DNA from: an uncultured Planctomycetaceae bacterium
GTDB lineage: Bacteria; Planctomycetota; Planctomycetia; Planctomycetales; Planctomycetaceae
Direction of reading: 5' to 3'
Assembly: GCA_963815195.1 (NCBI GenBank)
Contig: CAWFGE010000013.1
Location: forward strand, 704,001-768,000
DNA: 64,000 nucleotides
Shown: positions 42,755-52,061 of the stretch, in pieces
Layout of the letters: each line of letters starts with the position of its first letter
How positions within the stretch are numbered: position 1 is the stretch's first letter
Translations under genes and position numbers: made by a program
Notes under the pieces: model-generated
The model's input: the letters and a program-made list of their open reading frames with translations, nothing else
Database searches by the model: none
Told to the model about the DNA's origin: nothing

Positions 42755-43414
42755 GTGGACAATCATCGGTTCACAGGTTTCCCTGTTGTTGGAATTATTG
42801 GAGGAGTCGGTTCCGGGAAGTCCTCGGTGGCTCGCGAATGGGCGGCCCGCCACGGCGGAGTGGTGATCGACGCCGACGCCATTGGACACGAGGTTTTGAA
42901 ACAAGAGGCCGTCAAACAGAAATTGAAAACGCGATTTGGGGAGGAGATTTTTGACAGCCGAGGAGAAGTTGATCGCTCCCGCCTGGGGGAGCGGGTTTTC
43001 GGAGCGGACGCCGAGCCCCGACAGGCCCGGGACGATTTGAACAAGATCGTCCACCCGGCGATCGGCGCACGGATTCGCCAGGAAATTGAAAAAATCAAAG
43101 ACCAGGCCCGCCGCGAACCGGGTTCCATAAGGGGTGTCTTGTTGGATGCCGCGATTCTGTTGGAGACCGGTTGGGCGGAGGTGTGCGACGCGATCGTGTT
43201 CGTGGACACCTCAGACAAAGTCCGCGAAGAGCGCATCAGAAGAAAGGGATGGAGCGCCAGGGATTGGAAGAATCGCGAAGCCAGCCAACTTTCCCTGGAC
43301 AGGAAACGAAACGCCGCGGATGCGGCGGTCAATAATTCGCAAGAACTGGATGTCGCTGTTGCCGAACTGGAAAAGTTTTTCGCGATCCGGTTTTTGCAGT
43401 CGGAGCGTCCCTGA
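42755..43414 (+). CDS. coaE: Dephospho-CoA kinase
   Basis: GIIGGVGSGKS P-loop, IDADAIGH, VDRSRLG..VF, LNKIVHP, DAAILLE, REASQ. Confidence 0.93.
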   Translation: MDNHRFTGFPVVGIIGGVGSGKSSVAREWAARHGGVVIDADAIGHEVLKQEAVKQKLKTRFGEEIFDSRGEVDRSRLGERVFGADAEPRQARDDLNKIVHPAIGARIRQEIEKIKDQARREPGSIRGVLLDAAILLETGWAEVCDAIVFVDTSDKVREERIRRKGWSARDWKNREASQLSLDRKRNAADAAVNNSQELDVAVAELEKFFAIRFLQSERP

Positions 43415-43729
43415 AGTACAATTCAAAATCCCAAACCGGTTTTTCACAAGAAAAAAACCTCCCGCCAAGACGTAGAGGAGATGGGGCAGGCAACTTGTCC
43501 CTCAGTCTTTTGTTCGCTAAGAAAAGATCAAAATTCAACGACCGAACCAATCACGCTCTGGGAATTTTCCTCTCCTTAAAATTGTCTGTATTTCCAACAT
43601 TCCAACCCCAAACCATCACGCCAACCCCTGTTCGCTGGATTGGGTGAATTGCTCGATCCACTGTTTCCTAACGCCGGGGGATGGATTCTCCGTCCCTCCC
43701 GGCCTAGCGAATGTCAGGACCCTTCCATC

Positions 43730-45186
43730 ATGCCCAAAACTTCCAAAATGCAATCCACCCGCCCACTCGCAGAATCCGACGGCGACGACGCCGCCACCAG
43801 TGTTGAAGAATCCGACGGCAGCCTCGTCCGTACGCGCGGAAAACCGGAAAGTCCTCCGACGAGGACGACGGCGACGCCGCAAGCTTCCCCGCGGACGACC
43901 GCTACGAGGAAATCAAAAAGGGCAACATCCACATCGCGGAACTCCAGCGATGCACGATGAAGGAACTCTTGAGCCTCGCCCGGCAGGAAAACCTTTCCGA
44001 ATACACCGGCCTCAAAAAGCAGGATCTGATTTTCAAGATCCTCAAAGAACGCACCAAGATGAACGGGCTGATGTTCGGCGAGGGCACGCTGGAAATCTTG
44101 CCCGACGGCTTCGGCTTTCTGCGCAGCCCGGACTATCACTACCTGCCCTGCCCGGACGACATCTACGTCTCCCCCAGCCAAATCCGCCGCTTCGGACTCA
44201 GGACCGGAGCGACTGTCGCGGGGCAAATCCGCCCGCCCAAGGAAAACGAACGCTACTTCGCCCTGTTGCGTGTCGAAGCCATCAACGGCGAGGACCCCAA
44301 CATCCTCACCGAAAAAGTGTTCTTTGACGATCTGACCCCGCTGCATCCGGAAAAACGATTGAAGCTCTCCGCCGACCCCAAAGGTCTCAGCACGCGGATT
44401 GTGGACATCGTCGCCCCCATCGGCATGGGACAGCGCGGCCTCATCGTTTCCCCGCCCCGCGCGGGAAAAACGATTCTGCTCCAGCAACTCGCCCAGGCGA
44501 CGCTGCGGAACCATCCCGACGCTTACGTCATCGTGCTCTTGATCGACGAGCGGCCGGAAGAAGTCACCGAGATGGAAAGGCAAGTCAAAGCCCGCAACAG
44601 CGAGGTCATCTCCAGCACCTTCGACGAACCCCCGAGCCGGCATATTCAGGTCTCGGAAATGGTCATCGAAAAAGCCAAACGGATGGTGGAATACGGCCAG
44701 GATGTGGTGATCTTTCTGGATTCCATCACCCGCCTCGCGCGGGCTTGGAACACCGAAGTCCCGCATTCGGGCAAAATCCTCACCGGCGGCGTCGATGCCA
44801 ACGCCCTCCAGCATCCCAAACGGTTTTTCGGGGCCGCCCGCAACGTCGAAGAAGGCGGCAGCCTGACAATCATCGCCACCGCCCTCGTGGACACCGGCAG
44901 CAAAATGGACGAGGTGATCTTCGAGGAGTTCAAAGGCACCGGCAACACCGAGCTGCATCTCGACCGCCGCATGGTGGAGAAACGCGTCTGGCCGGCGATC
45001 GATGTGAATCGGTCCGGCACCCGCCGCGAAGAATTGTTGATGACCGAAGAAGAACTCCGCCACGTGTGGATTCTCCGCCGGGTCTTGAACGACATGAACC
45101 CGGTGGACGCCATGGAACTCCTCGTCAACCGCATGCGGCGAACCAAAACCAACGACGAATTCCTGATGAGCATGAATCTGGGGTGA
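43730..45186 (+). CDS. rho: Transcription termination factor Rho; frameshift in the acidic N-terminal extension (~43810-43855)
   Basis: [54 protein letters not shown]; the conserved frame is open upstream of 43957 ([16 protein letters not shown]). Confidence 0.96.
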
Positions 45187-45191
45187 CAAAT

Positions 45192-45282
45192 CGTGAGCCG
45201 CTGGGCGCTAGCCTGCGGGTTGTGACAATCCCGGTTTCGAGGACCGGCGGCTAGCCACCCAGAGGGTACCCGGCCACTCACG
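45192..45282. repeat. REP-like doublet, family B
   Basis: CGTGAGCCGCTGGGCGCTAGCC...CCGGCGGCTAGCCACCCAGAGGGTACCCGGCCACTCACG; right part nearly identical to 49180-49219. Confidence 0.75.
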
Positions 45283-45298
45283 AAGTGGGTGATGAGAC

Positions 45299-46129
45299 AT
45301 GACAGAGTCACAGTCCACTGGCAATGAAGGGAACCGCGATCCCAACCGCAGTCCCTTCCCCGGCATGGACCCCTATTTGGAGCAACCGTCGGTCTGGCAC
45401 GACTTCCATGAGTCGTTCATTTACGAGTGCCGCCGCCTGCTTGTGCCGCAGATCAGCCCCGCGTACGTCGCCAAGTTGGATGAGCACATCTACGTCCACG
45501 AACTCGCTGCGGACGAGCGACGGCTGATCGGTCGGGGAGACATCACCGTGGCGGAGCGGCCGGGGCCAACAGACGCCGGCTCACTCTCCACCCAACAGGC
45601 GGCCACCACTGCGCCGGTGCAAGTTGAATTACGACCTGCCGTGGACCTGGAGCGCGAGAACCGCATTGAAATCCGCGACCGCGAAACCGGGCGGATTGTC
45701 TCGGTTATCGAACTGCTCAGCCCGGCGAACAAACACCCCGGCCAGGATCGCAGGCAATTCCTCGGCAAGCGGGACGAGCTGCTGGCGAGCGACGTCAATT
45801 ACGTCGAGATCGACCTGCTACGTGCCGGCCCGAGGATGCCGGTGGACGACCTGCCGGACTGCGATTACTACGCCTTGGTGAGCCGCGCGGCCCTGCGTCC
45901 GACAGCCGACCTTTGGCCAATCCGACTGGCCGACCCGCTGCCGAACATACCCGTCCCGCTAAAGGAGCCGGACAAGGATGCGATATTGAATCTGAGGCTG
46001 GCGCTCGACCAGGCGTTCGAAGCCGGGGGATATGCCGCTTACATCTACTCCGGCGAGCCTGCCCCCGCGCTGTCTCCCGATCAACAGGCGTGGGCCGAAG
46101 TGCAACTCCGGATTGGCTCAAGTGGTTGA
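45299..46129 (+). CDS. DUF4058 family protein (PD-(D/E)XK/Uma2-like fold), copy 1
   Basis: [42 protein letters not shown]. Confidence 0.92.
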   Translation: MTESQSTGNEGNRDPNRSPFPGMDPYLEQPSVWHDFHESFIYECRRLLVPQISPAYVAKLDEHIYVHELAADERRLIGRGDITVAERPGPTDAGSLSTQQAATTAPVQVELRPAVDLERENRIEIRDRETGRIVSVIELLSPANKHPGQDRRQFLGKRDELLASDVNYVEIDLLRAGPRMPVDDLPDCDYYALVSRAALRPTADLWPIRLADPLPNIPVPLKEPDKDAILNLRLALDQAFEAGGYAAYIYSGEPAPALSPDQQAWAEVQLRIGSSG

Positions 46130-46141
46130 TTTCCTATCGAG

Positions 46142-46960
46142 GTGAGTGAAGTGCGTAGTCCCTTCCCCGGCATGGACCCTTATTTGGAAATGCACTGGCG
46201 CGATGTGCATACCGCGCTAATGATTTATGCGCGCGACGCCATTCAGGACCGGTTGCCCGGCGATTTGCTCGCGCGGGTCGAAGAAGGCGTTTCGATTGAC
46301 CTCGGCGACGACTTGCGCGGGGCCGCTCCCGATGTGCAAGTTGTGGAGACGCCGACTTCCATCCCTTCGGCTCCCGAATTGGAAGAATCGCTTACGGCGG
46401 TTGCGGAGCCGCTGGTGGTCCCTGTCAGTCTGCCTCATACCGAGCGTCACATCACGATCGTGGATGCCGGGTCGGGAAACCGCGTGGTCACCGCGATCGA
46501 ATTCTTGAGCCCCACCAATAAAATCCCCGGCCCCGACCGTCAACGATACCTCCGCAAACAACAGGATTACCTCGACGGCCGGGTCAACCTCGTCGAAGTC
46601 GATTTGATTCGCTCGGGCATCTTCACTTTGGCCGTTCCGGAGTGGGGCATCAATCAGCAGTTCCGTTCGACCTACCAAATCTGTGTCCGCCGGTCATCAC
46701 GGCCGGATGAGGCGGAAGTTTACCGGGCACCGCTCCGCGAGCGATTGCCGATCATCCGCATTCCGCTCCGTCCGAAGGATCGCGACGTGCCGCTCGATTT
46801 GCAGGACTTGATCGACCAGTGTTATCGCCGGGGCCGGTACGCGGCCATTGATTACACTAACGATCCCGTCCCGCTGCTTTCCCTCCCCGACGCCCGCTGG
46901 GCCGATGAACTCCTGCGTGCCGCGGGCCTTAGGCAGGAGGGCGAAGGTGACGGGCGATGA
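46142..46960 (+). CDS. DUF4058 family protein, copy 2
   Basis: [51 protein letters not shown]. Confidence 0.92.
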   Translation: MSEVRSPFPGMDPYLEMHWRDVHTALMIYARDAIQDRLPGDLLARVEEGVSIDLGDDLRGAAPDVQVVETPTSIPSAPELEESLTAVAEPLVVPVSLPHTERHITIVDAGSGNRVVTAIEFLSPTNKIPGPDRQRYLRKQQDYLDGRVNLVEVDLIRSGIFTLAVPEWGINQQFRSTYQICVRRSSRPDEAEVYRAPLRERLPIIRIPLRPKDRDVPLDLQDLIDQCYRRGRYAAIDYTNDPVPLLSLPDARWADELLRAAGLRQEGEGDGR

Positions 46961-47256
46961 ACGCGAACCAAATCATTACTGATACCTGGTCGAACGCGGA
47001 ATCTGCTGAGAAATACGAAAAACATTGGCCGTTAGAGCCGGAGTTATTTTCGCAATACGAGAATGGCGACCAATGCGGAGGCTGTTCGTTTTTTGCGGAA
47101 TTTAACGCCGATTGGGGCTTGTGTTGCCGTCCTAAATCCCGGCATCATTTGGAAACGGTCTTTGAACATTTCACCTGCCCGGCTTTCGTCAAAGAAGGTT
47201 GGGGACCGCATAGTTTTAGCGAGGATGAGGAGTTTCACTGCCGATGCGTCGATTAG
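46957..47256 (+). CDS. Small Cys-rich protein, DUF3027-like, copy 1
   Basis: ATGA overlap with the DUF4058 stop; QCGGCSFF...DWGLCC...S....VFEHFTC. Confidence 0.7.
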   Translation: MNANQIITDTWSNAESAEKYEKHWPLEPELFSQYENGDQCGGCSFFAEFNADWGLCCRPKSRHHLETVFEHFTCPAFVKEGWGPHSFSEDEEFHCRCVD

Positions 47257-47324
47257 CGAAATCGGTAAATCGCGTGGTAAATGCATGTTTTCGTTCTCAA
47301 GATTCAAGGTTGTGAGTTGCAACG

Positions 47325-47564
47325 ATGCAAATCGAAGTTGATCGGGGACATTTGACAGTGATTTGGTGCGATCGGTGCAATCGAGCGGTCAATCTGAACG
47401 ATGAACGCGATCATTTCCATATCGAGCAATGCGGTGGTTGTCGAAAATATAAGAGACTCGACAGCGATTGGGGGTGGTGTCGGAATCACGAATCCGTTTA
47501 TTGCGGTCGCCTCATGTTTGAGCACGATACTTGCTCACAATGGGTCGAAGGAAAATGGTCTTAA
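47325..47564 (+). CDS. Small Cys-rich protein, DUF3027-like, copy 2
   Basis: QCGGCRKY...DWGWCRNHES..CGRLMFEHDTC, plus an extra CDRC. Confidence 0.7.
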   Translation: MQIEVDRGHLTVIWCDRCNRAVNLNDERDHFHIEQCGGCRKYKRLDSDWGWCRNHESVYCGRLMFEHDTCSQWVEGKWS

Positions 47565-47612
47565 TTCCCAAGTCGAGTAGCCCATCAATGAATGCTAACG
47601 GGATCCCAATTG

Positions 47613-47634
47613 TGTTGGGCGATGCCCACCCTAC
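47613..47634 (-). repeat. Single GTAG-type REP
   Basis: Reverse strand reads GTAG-GGTGGGCATCGCCCAACA, a GTAG head plus a short hairpin. Confidence 0.55.
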
Positions 47635-47646
47635 AAAAACTGGAAG

Positions 47647-47736
47647 ATCGACTAGACCCGCGACCCCAACCCGGCGTTCGAACCGGCCGACCGGCAATGG
47701 ATGGACGAATTGCTGCGTGCCGCGGGAGTCAGGTAG
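47647..47736 (+). pseudogene. 3' remnant of a third DUF4058 gene
   Basis: Translates ID*TRDPNPAFEPADRQWMDELLRAAGVR*, aligning to IDYTNDPVPLLSLPDARWADELLRAAGLR of copy 2; shares CTGCGTGCCGCGGG at DNA level. Confidence 0.75.
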
Positions 47737-47772
47737 GATGACGAGGGGAAACCTATCCCGAAAGACACTCCA

Positions 47773-48524
47773 ATGATCACACGCCGTCGATTTCTCGGAG
47801 CTGCCATCGGTGCGCTTCCCATCCTCCTACATGGATGCTCAAAAGCGAATACCGAAGACGACGACTCAACACTGAAGACCGAAGGCGATGATATGCCAAT
47901 AGACGCTCATGTTCTCCGTACCGCGTTCGATGGTCTCCAAATAGCTGGGCGACCTGTGTCCGTCAACCTTCCGCTCTTGGAACAGATTTACGACTTGAAC
48001 GCGGAAATCATGGCGAAGTTTCCCGGCCCTGGGGACAGCGGCATGGGGCAAATGGGATTACTGCTCGAACCTCGCCTGGAAAACGGTGGCTACTGGTGCA
48101 CACCGACGAATTCGCTGTCATTTGGCGGAAACCGGTGGCGATGGGGCGCACTTTTAGTTTTCTCATCACGGGTGACGCCATCACCGACCGCACGCCCGTG
48201 ATCATTACCGTGCCGGATCAAGCCGAGCTCGACGATGCAAACGTCGTGCTTGGTCGTGGCTTCGAAGATTTTGTGCGATTGGGCTTGCATTGCGGCTATT
48301 TCTCGATGGCGCAATTCGCGTTTGATCGTGAGGATACGCTCAAGCATTATGCCCGAACCGACTGGGACGATGCCGAGCTATGGTTCCCAAGCGATAATCA
48401 TAAAGTTGTTGCCGAATATGTTTCCAAAAAATCAAACTTGAAGCGACTGGCTTACTCGGCAAATGAATTCGCGGCCCTGCAAACGGAATTCAAGCCGCAC
48501 ATGCAATTCAAAGATGCCGGATGA
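47773..48524 (+). CDS. Tat lipoprotein of unknown function, possibly SUKH/immunity-like; frameshift ~48130
   Basis: MITRRRFLGAAIGALPILLHGC (twin-Arg plus lipobox); joined frames give GYWCTPTNSLSFGGTGGDGAHFSFL...PVIITVP...FEDFVRLG. Confidence 0.6.
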
Positions 48525-48612
48525 CAAATGGAGTAGGATGTGCATCGTCGGCAATGCCCGCTCTACTTTTCCCTCTGACCTCCAAACCCTGAATACTGGC
48601 TTTCAAAAAACA

Positions 48613-49089
48613 ATGCAAACAATCGAAGGGGAACTCTTGGCTCCTGCGGGGGCGTTTGCCGTGGTGGTTTCGCGGTTTAACGATCTCGTCACCAAACGTT
48701 TGGTGGAGGGGGCCGTCAATACGCTTCCCCGGCACGGGGTTTCTGAGGATCAGATCACCGTGGTCTGGGTGCCGGGGTCTTTTGAGATCCCGCTCGTCGC
48801 GGATCGGCTCGCGCGGTCCGGGAAATATCTCGCGGTGATTTGCCTGGGGGCGGTGATTCAGGGTTCGACGACGCATCACGAATACATCAACCACCAGGTC
48901 GCCGCCGGGATTATGCAGGCGGGGCAAACCAGCGGGATTCCCGTTTTGTTCGGCGTCCTCACCTGCCAGACGATGGAGCAGGCCCTCGACCGGGCCGGGG
49001 GGAAAGTCGGCAACAAAGGCAGCGAAGCCGCGCTCGCCGCGATTGAAATGGCGAACGTGCTCAAAAAACTTCCGGCCGCAGACCGGTAA
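48613..49089 (+). CDS. ribH: 6,7-dimethyl-8-ribityllumazine synthase
   Basis: VVSRFN, WVPGSFEIP, LGAVIQG.T.H, FGVLT, GNKGSEAA.AAIEM. Confidence 0.96.
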   Translation: MQTIEGELLAPAGAFAVVVSRFNDLVTKRLVEGAVNTLPRHGVSEDQITVVWVPGSFEIPLVADRLARSGKYLAVICLGAVIQGSTTHHEYINHQVAAGIMQAGQTSGIPVLFGVLTCQTMEQALDRAGGKVGNKGSEAALAAIEMANVLKKLPAADR

Positions 49090-49219
49090 GTGAGCGGAAC
49101 GGCGCTAGCCGCCGGTTCCGCACAAAGGCCGGCGGCTAGCGCCGGGCCGCTCACAAAAAAGCCCGCGGTTCCGCAGAAAGGCCGGCGGCTCGCCAACCAG
49201 AGGGTACCCGGCCGCTCAC
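49090..49219. repeat. REP-like cluster, family B (doublet plus extra arm)
   Basis: GTGAGCGGAACGGCGCTAGCCGCCGG...CCGGCGGCTAGCGCCGGGCCGCTCAC, then a second right arm containing CCAGAGGGTACCCGG. Confidence 0.85.
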
Positions 49220-49341
49220 TTTCTTTGGGAATTTTGCGAACAACTTTGCAAATTCCCCGTCGGATGACGTAGAACTATAGGAGAGGCCGAACACAACGGG
49301 AGGGGCCTCCTTCGCTTCTTTTCTCATTTGAGAACCCCTGC

Positions 49342-49764
49342 ATGGCACGCCGCACGAAGGCGCGAGAGATCGCGCTGCAAATGCTCTTTCAACACGACAT
49401 GAACCCGGACGTGGGGGCGAAGACGGTGCGTCTGCAGATCGCCGAACGCCTGAAGGACGAGTCTTTGCGGAAATTCGCCTGGGAACTTTACGCGGGGACG
49501 ATGGAATCCCGCCCCCAGATCGATGCCCGCATCGAATCTGCCGCCGAGAACTGGGACCTGTCCCGCATGGCCGCCACCGACCGCAACACGCTCCGGCTCG
49601 GCGTGTTCGAGCTGTATTTCACCGACACGCCGCACCAGGTGGTGATCGACGAGGCCGTCGAATTGGCCCGGAAATTCGGCTCGGCCCAGTCCGCCCAGTT
49701 CGTCAACGGCCTGTTGGACCGGCTGATTCCCGAAGAAAAGCGCGATCCGCCCGGTTCTGCTTGA
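49342..49764 (+). CDS. nusB: Transcription antitermination factor NusB
   Basis: RTKAREIALQMLF, DRNTLRLG, VVIDEAVELARKFG..S.QFVNGLLD; follows ribH. Confidence 0.96.
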   Translation: MARRTKAREIALQMLFQHDMNPDVGAKTVRLQIAERLKDESLRKFAWELYAGTMESRPQIDARIESAAENWDLSRMAATDRNTLRLGVFELYFTDTPHQVVIDEAVELARKFGSAQSAQFVNGLLDRLIPEEKRDPPGSA

Positions 49765-49864
49765 CGAGATTCCGCGGTTTCCCTATCGTCACCACCTGTT
49801 TGGTGTGTCATCGCGGCTTGTTTGGGAACCGGTTCTCCAATCCATGCCTTCCCCTCCTCAAAAT

Positions 49865-49941
49865 GAGGATAGAGGGTGGAGGAGCGAGGTTCGAGAATTC
49901 CGCATCGCAAATCTCTATCCTCCATCCTCTCCCCTCGCTCC
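49865..49941. repeat. Inverted array of degenerate heptamers (GAGGNNN / CTCNNNC)
   Basis: GAGGATA-GAGGGTG-GAGGAGC-GAGG ... CTCTATC-CTCCATC-CTCTCCC-CTCGCTCC. Confidence 0.65.
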
Positions 49942-49993
49942 AATGCCGTGATGACGCCTGTTTGGAAAAAGCTGTCCCAAAAGTGAGATTGTC

Positions 49994-51250
49994 ATGGCCG
50001 ATCTTGTTCCTCCGCATGGCGGACTGACCGAACCCGTTTGCCGCACCGTTCCGCAAAACGAAATCGACGATTTCCTCAAGCAGGCGGCCCTGCTGCCGCA
50101 GGTTCCGGTGTCGGCGGCGGATCTTTCCACGGTGTATCGTCTGGGTGACGGCACGCTCAGCCCGCTCACCGGGCCGATGACTTCGGAAGTTTATAACCGG
50201 GTGCTGGAAGAAGCGGTGATCGAGTCCGGCGGAAAAAAATACGCCTGGACGATTCCGCTCGCGTTTCCGGTCACCTCCCAATTGGCGGGTTCGCTGTCGG
50301 CGGGGCAGACGGTCGCGCTCACGAACCCGGCGGGGGAAATCGTGGCGACGCTCGATGTGGCCGACGTTTTCGAGTGGGACAAGCCCAAATACATTAAGAG
50401 CGTCTATCAAACCGACCGCACGGATCATCCCGGGGCGGACATGGTGCTCCAAGGCGACGCCGACAAGACGCACCTCGTCGGCGGCGAAATCCGCGCCCTG
50501 CCTCAGCCGAAGAATCCGGCCTTCGGGGGCTGCGTGCTCACGCCGCGGGAAGTGCGAAAGCTGATTTCTGAAAAAGGCTGGGACGCTGTGGTCGCGTTCC
50601 AGACGCGAAACCCGCTGCACCGGGCCCACGAATATGCCCTGGTTTACGGGTTGGAAACGCTGCTTCGGCAGGGGAAGAACGCGGGGGCGGTGCTCAATCC
50701 GCTCATCGGCGAAACGAAGGGCGACGATGTTAACGCCGAGATCCGCATGCAGACTTACGACAAGCTCATCAGCGACCGGGCGTTGGGCGAAGGCGACAGC
50801 GATCCCGAATTGTGGGGGCCCCGCGGCGAGAGCGTGCCCGACCGGGTGATCCTGTTGGGCCTCGACATCAAGATGTTCTACGGCGGCCCGAAGGAAGCGG
50901 TGATGCACGGCATCTACCGCCAGAACATGGGCTACACGCACATTGTCATCGGCCGCAAGCACGCGGATGCCCCCTACCACGACGGCAGCCCGATCTGGGG
51001 CGACTTCGACGCCCAGGAGATTTTCGAGAACCTGGGCGGCGACCTCCAAATCCAACCGGTGAAAGTCGGCTTCGCCGCGTATTACGAATCCCTCGGCCGG
51101 GTCGACCTGATGGAGAACCACAAGGACGAAAAGCCGGTGTTCATCTCGGGCAAGGAAGTCCGGGCCACGCTGCAACGAGGCGAACTCGTCGATCCCCGCA
51201 TCATGCGGGAGTCCACGTCGAAGATCCTCGGCGACGCGATGAAGCAGTAG
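49994..51250 (+). CDS. sat: Sulfate adenylyltransferase (Sat-type ATP sulfurylase)
   Basis: [57 protein letters not shown]. Confidence 0.95.
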   Translation: MADLVPPHGGLTEPVCRTVPQNEIDDFLKQAALLPQVPVSAADLSTVYRLGDGTLSPLTGPMTSEVYNRVLEEAVIESGGKKYAWTIPLAFPVTSQLAGSLSAGQTVALTNPAGEIVATLDVADVFEWDKPKYIKSVYQTDRTDHPGADMVLQGDADKTHLVGGEIRALPQPKNPAFGGCVLTPREVRKLISEKGWDAVVAFQTRNPLHRAHEYALVYGLETLLRQGKNAGAVLNPLIGETKGDDVNAEIRMQTYDKLISDRALGEGDSDPELWGPRGESVPDRVILLGLDIKMFYGGPKEAVMHGIYRQNMGYTHIVIGRKHADAPYHDGSPIWGDFDAQEIFENLGGDLQIQPVKVGFAAYYESLGRVDLMENHKDEKPVFISGKEVRATLQRGELVDPRIMRESTSKILGDAMKQ

Positions 51251-51274
51251 AGTCCCATCTCTGAATTTCGGCCC

Positions 51275-51715
51275 ATGAGCAATCCGTTGATACCTCGCAT
51301 CACGCTTGCGATCTGCCTGCTGGCGGCAGGGCTTCAGATTGCTTTCGACTCCACGAAGCGAATGGAGTTTAGAGAACAACCTCCGCGGCCGACCGTCCGC
51401 ATGCGGGGCTTCAGGCCGGTGTTTGCCGGGATGGTGATGGGCGTTTATGCCGTTTGCGGATTGACAGCTTGGTGCTGGCGAACGGAGCCGCACGAGAGCC
51501 GCGTCACGCTCATCACGTGTGCGGTGATTGCCGGAGTGGGGATCTATGTGTTTGGCTCGGGCTGGTATCAATCACAAAGGCGGCCGGCGAGCGTTTCCTG
51601 GCAAGACCTGGGAGAGTTTTTTGTGTTTTTGCAACTGCTCGCGGCCGCCGGGCTTTCCGCCAATCTGAAAGTTCGCTGGGATCGCCGGATGCGATCAAAA
51701 GAAAAAGGCGATTAA
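51275..51715 (+). CDS. Hypothetical membrane protein (about four TM helices)
   Basis: ATG start and hydrophobic segments. Confidence 0.6.
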   Translation: MSNPLIPRITLAICLLAAGLQIAFDSTKRMEFREQPPRPTVRMRGFRPVFAGMVMGVYAVCGLTAWCWRTEPHESRVTLITCAVIAGVGIYVFGSGWYQSQRRPASVSWQDLGEFFVFLQLLAAAGLSANLKVRWDRRMRSKEKGD

Positions 51716-51750
51716 GGGGACGCGGTGCAATAGCACGCGAGTCGATCGCA

Positions 51751-52047
51751 TCAAAGCACGATCAGCCCGATTACGGAAGCCGTGAAAACGGCGACGTTAA
51801 AGAGAAAAGTCATCAACCACAGCCAAAAAATGTGAGCGATTATTCGAATGAATCGAATCCAGCCTTGAAGGATGTACGGTGGAGTTTTGGATTCGTAACG
51901 GTCACGGATCCGCCGGAACAGGATGAAATAACAATACAAACTCCGCCGGTAAAGCACGGTGTGCATTACGATGCCCAAACCGCCGTAGGCCACGCCGATC
52001 CAGAGGAGGAAGCGGTGCTCGGCGAGGAAACTCCAAACCGGCTGCAT
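51751..52047 (-). CDS. Small hypothetical membrane protein
   Basis: ATG 52047 (MQPVWSFL) just after the DUF1080 gene stop; two hydrophobic segments. Confidence 0.5.
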   Translation of the reverse strand: MQPVWSFLAEHRFLLWIGVAYGGLGIVMHTVLYRRSLYCYFILFRRIRDRYESKTPPYILQGWIRFIRIIAHIFWLWLMTFLFNVAVFTASVIGLIVL

Positions 52048-52061
52048 GAGGCGGCCTCTGG

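Noticed and set aside
43730..43960. Programmed frameshift in the rho N-terminus
   Set aside because: No clear slippery heptamer with a stimulator was seen, and the many similar indels elsewhere favour sequencing error.
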